This document shows, piece by piece, positions 62,057 to 64,000 of a DNA stretch of 64,000 nt. Source of the stretch: Eledone cirrhosa (Eukaryota). Positions within the stretch are counted from its first letter, which is position 1. Each line of letters starts with the position of its first letter. Both the position numbers and the translations under genes were made by a program. The notes under the pieces were generated by a model. That model saw only the letters and a program-made list of their open reading frames with translations. It ran no database searches and had not been told where the DNA came from. Location of the stretch: NCBI GenBank assembly GCA_964016885.1, contig OZ024741.1:17236001-17300000 (forward strand). Direction: 5' to 3'.

Positions 62057-62546
62057 CTGTTGCTCTTGTTATTGCTGTTATTGTTGTTGTTATTGCTGTT
62101 GTTGTTATTGTTGTTGTTGTTGTTGTCATTGCTGTTGTTGTTATTGTTGTTGTTGTTGTTGTTGTTGTTATTGCTGTTGCTTTTGTTATTGCTGTTATTG
62201 TTGTTATTGTTATTGCTGTTGTTGTTATTGTTGTTGTTGTCATTGCTGTTGTTGTTATTGTTGTTGTTGTTGTTGTTATTGCTGTTGTTGTTGTTGTTGT
62301 TATTGCTGTTGTTGTTATTGTTGTTATTGCTGTTGTTGTTGCTGTTTTTTTTATTTCCACTTCAAGAAGTTTTCACGACAATGTTAAGATGCCGCGGAAG
62401 ATATTCTGGGCTTCTACCATATATGTCCTTTAACAGAGCTTAATAAGAATATTTTATGTGTGTGTGTACGTGTGCGTTTGTGTGTGTGTCTGTGTATGTG
62501 TGTGAGTGTATGTGTGTTTGAATGTGTGAGAGTGTGAATGTGTGTG

Positions 62547-62580
<34 letters not shown>

Positions 62581-62676
62581 AATGTGTGAGAGTGTGAGTG
62601 TGTGTGTGAGTGTGTGTTGTAATCCTGTCTTGTGATCCGGTTGTATGATCAAGCCTCTTGTACCCTAAACATAGAT

Positions 62677-62855
62677 CTCAGGGAGATTCAGTGTGATACA
62701 GTGTGTAACAAGGCTGGTTCTTTCAATTACTCTGACAACTCATATTTGCCACCTGACTAGACTGAAGCAACGTAAAGGATTCAACACACTGCTGGGTATC
62801 GAACTCTCGAACTCACCACCGTCAACTAAACACCTTAACCACTAAACCACACGTC
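62677..62855 (-). mobile_element. SINE family 2
   Basis: Minus strand TGGTTTAGTGGTTAAG head and GAGTTCGATACC B box; CTCAGGGAGATTCAG also at 14606, with a close variant at 31684. Confidence 0.65.
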
Positions 62856-63052
62856 TTTACACACACCACACATACATGCATACGCACACACATGCACACA
62901 AACATACACACACAAACACACACATGCACGCACCACACACACACATACACACACGCAAACATACGTAGGGTCACACGCACACACATACACACACACCACA
63001 CACACACCACACACACACACACACCACCCAACACACACCGCGCGCGCGCACG

Positions 63053-63083
<31 letters not shown>

Positions 63084-63190
63084 GCAAAAATCAAACAGAA
63101 ATAACAAAGCAAACAACACAGTACAATGAAGAAATATATTAGTTTAACGCTTGACATAGTAAGAAAAGTGTCTTAACATTTCGGACGCTG

Positions 63191-63231
<41 letters not shown>

Positions 63232-63442
63232 TTATAGTTTGTGTGTATGTATGAATGTTTGTATGTATGTATGTATGTATGTATGTATGTATGTATGTAT
63301 GTATGTATGTATGTATGTATGTATGTATGTATGTATGTATGTATGTATGTATGTTTGTATGTTATCTCTTTCTCTTAATTTCGAGTATATTTTTTTGACT
63401 GGCCACCTTCCTGGTGGTAAGGTTGTAAAAGAAAAGAAATTG

Positions 63443-64000
63443 TCATTCCTTGAATCGCAAGAATGTTTTGCAAATTTTCAAGGTGCCAGCTATCGCAGCC
63501 ATTTGTAGACTATGAATTAGGGAGTTGCGCTCTTTGACCGCAAATCCAAGTTCAGTCATACTTTGGTCCAAGCGGGTTGGTATATAACCCGTAGCTCCAA
63601 TAATGATGGGTATGAAGCTAAAGGTGTATCTTGGATACTGGATTTGTAAACTCCTCATCAATGGTCCGTAGATGTCCTCCTTCTCCTGTATTTTTCTGAC
63701 AACGTTTACATCAAGTGGGCAGCTGATCTCCACAACATAACACGTTTTCAATGTGTGGTCCCAAACAACAATATCAGGCCGATTGTGCTTTAATTTGGTG
63801 GCAGTTTTTATATTCAGGTTCCACCAGTATTCCTTAGTGCCATCTGTCTCAACATATCCTTCCTCGTTTGTTGTTAATTTTGTTTTCCGAAGTGCGTTCC
63901 AGATGGTTCTAGCTATCCCATCGTGTCTCATGGGGAGGTAGTAGTGAGATGACATTCTTTCGCAGCTGGCAACAATGTGGCTTACATCCTCGATCTTTGT
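63443..64000 (-). CDS. 3' part of an R4/Dong-like non-LTR retrotransposon ORF (zinc knuckle plus restriction-like endonuclease), open to the window edge
   Basis: EDVSHIVASC...RHD...WWN...HNRPDIVV...VEISCP...EK motifs, no stops; short 3' UTR then (CATA)n at 63245-63362. Confidence 0.9.
   Translation of the reverse strand, partial: TKIEDVSHIVASCERMSSHYYLPMRHDGIARTIWNALRKTKLTTNEEGYVETDGTKEYWWNLNIKTATKLKHNRPDIVVWDHTLKTCYVVEISCPLDVNVVRKIQEKEDIYGPLMRSLQIQYPRYTFSFIPIIIGATGYIPTRLDQSMTELGFAVKERNSLIHSLQMAAIAGTLKICKTFLRFKE

Overview
AT-rich eukaryotic non-genic DNA dominated by microsatellites and transposon debris. The repeat content ((TA)n everywhere, tRNA-derived SINEs with a CCTTTCATCCTTACGGGGTCGATAAAATAAAGTACCAG core) suggests a cephalopod/octopus-like genome, which is an inference. 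Almost all ORFs in the track are translations of microsatellites. The main signal is about 20 type I hammerhead-ribozyme (HHR) motifs, complete or degenerate, from roughly ten unrelated short element families, nearly all embedded in (TA)n tracts. They occur as (i) retrozyme-like tandem monomers of 468 and 312 bp (plus a 615-bp pair with a variant core) and (ii) head-to-head, tails-out palindromes whose centre usually lies in or next to the ribozyme. A GIY-YIG fragment supports a Penelope-like (PLE) origin. Also present: the 3' end of an R4/Dong-type RLE retrotransposon ORF, a 5'-truncated Tx1/L1-like LINE with a 17-bp TSD inside a SINE head, CRE-like fragments, Tc2-like and hAT-like MITEs, an 11-copy tandem of a SINE A-box head, a 7.3-kb 24/26-bp minisatellite and one candidate host exon. 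All folds and alignments were done by eye; boundaries of degenerate repeats are approximate.
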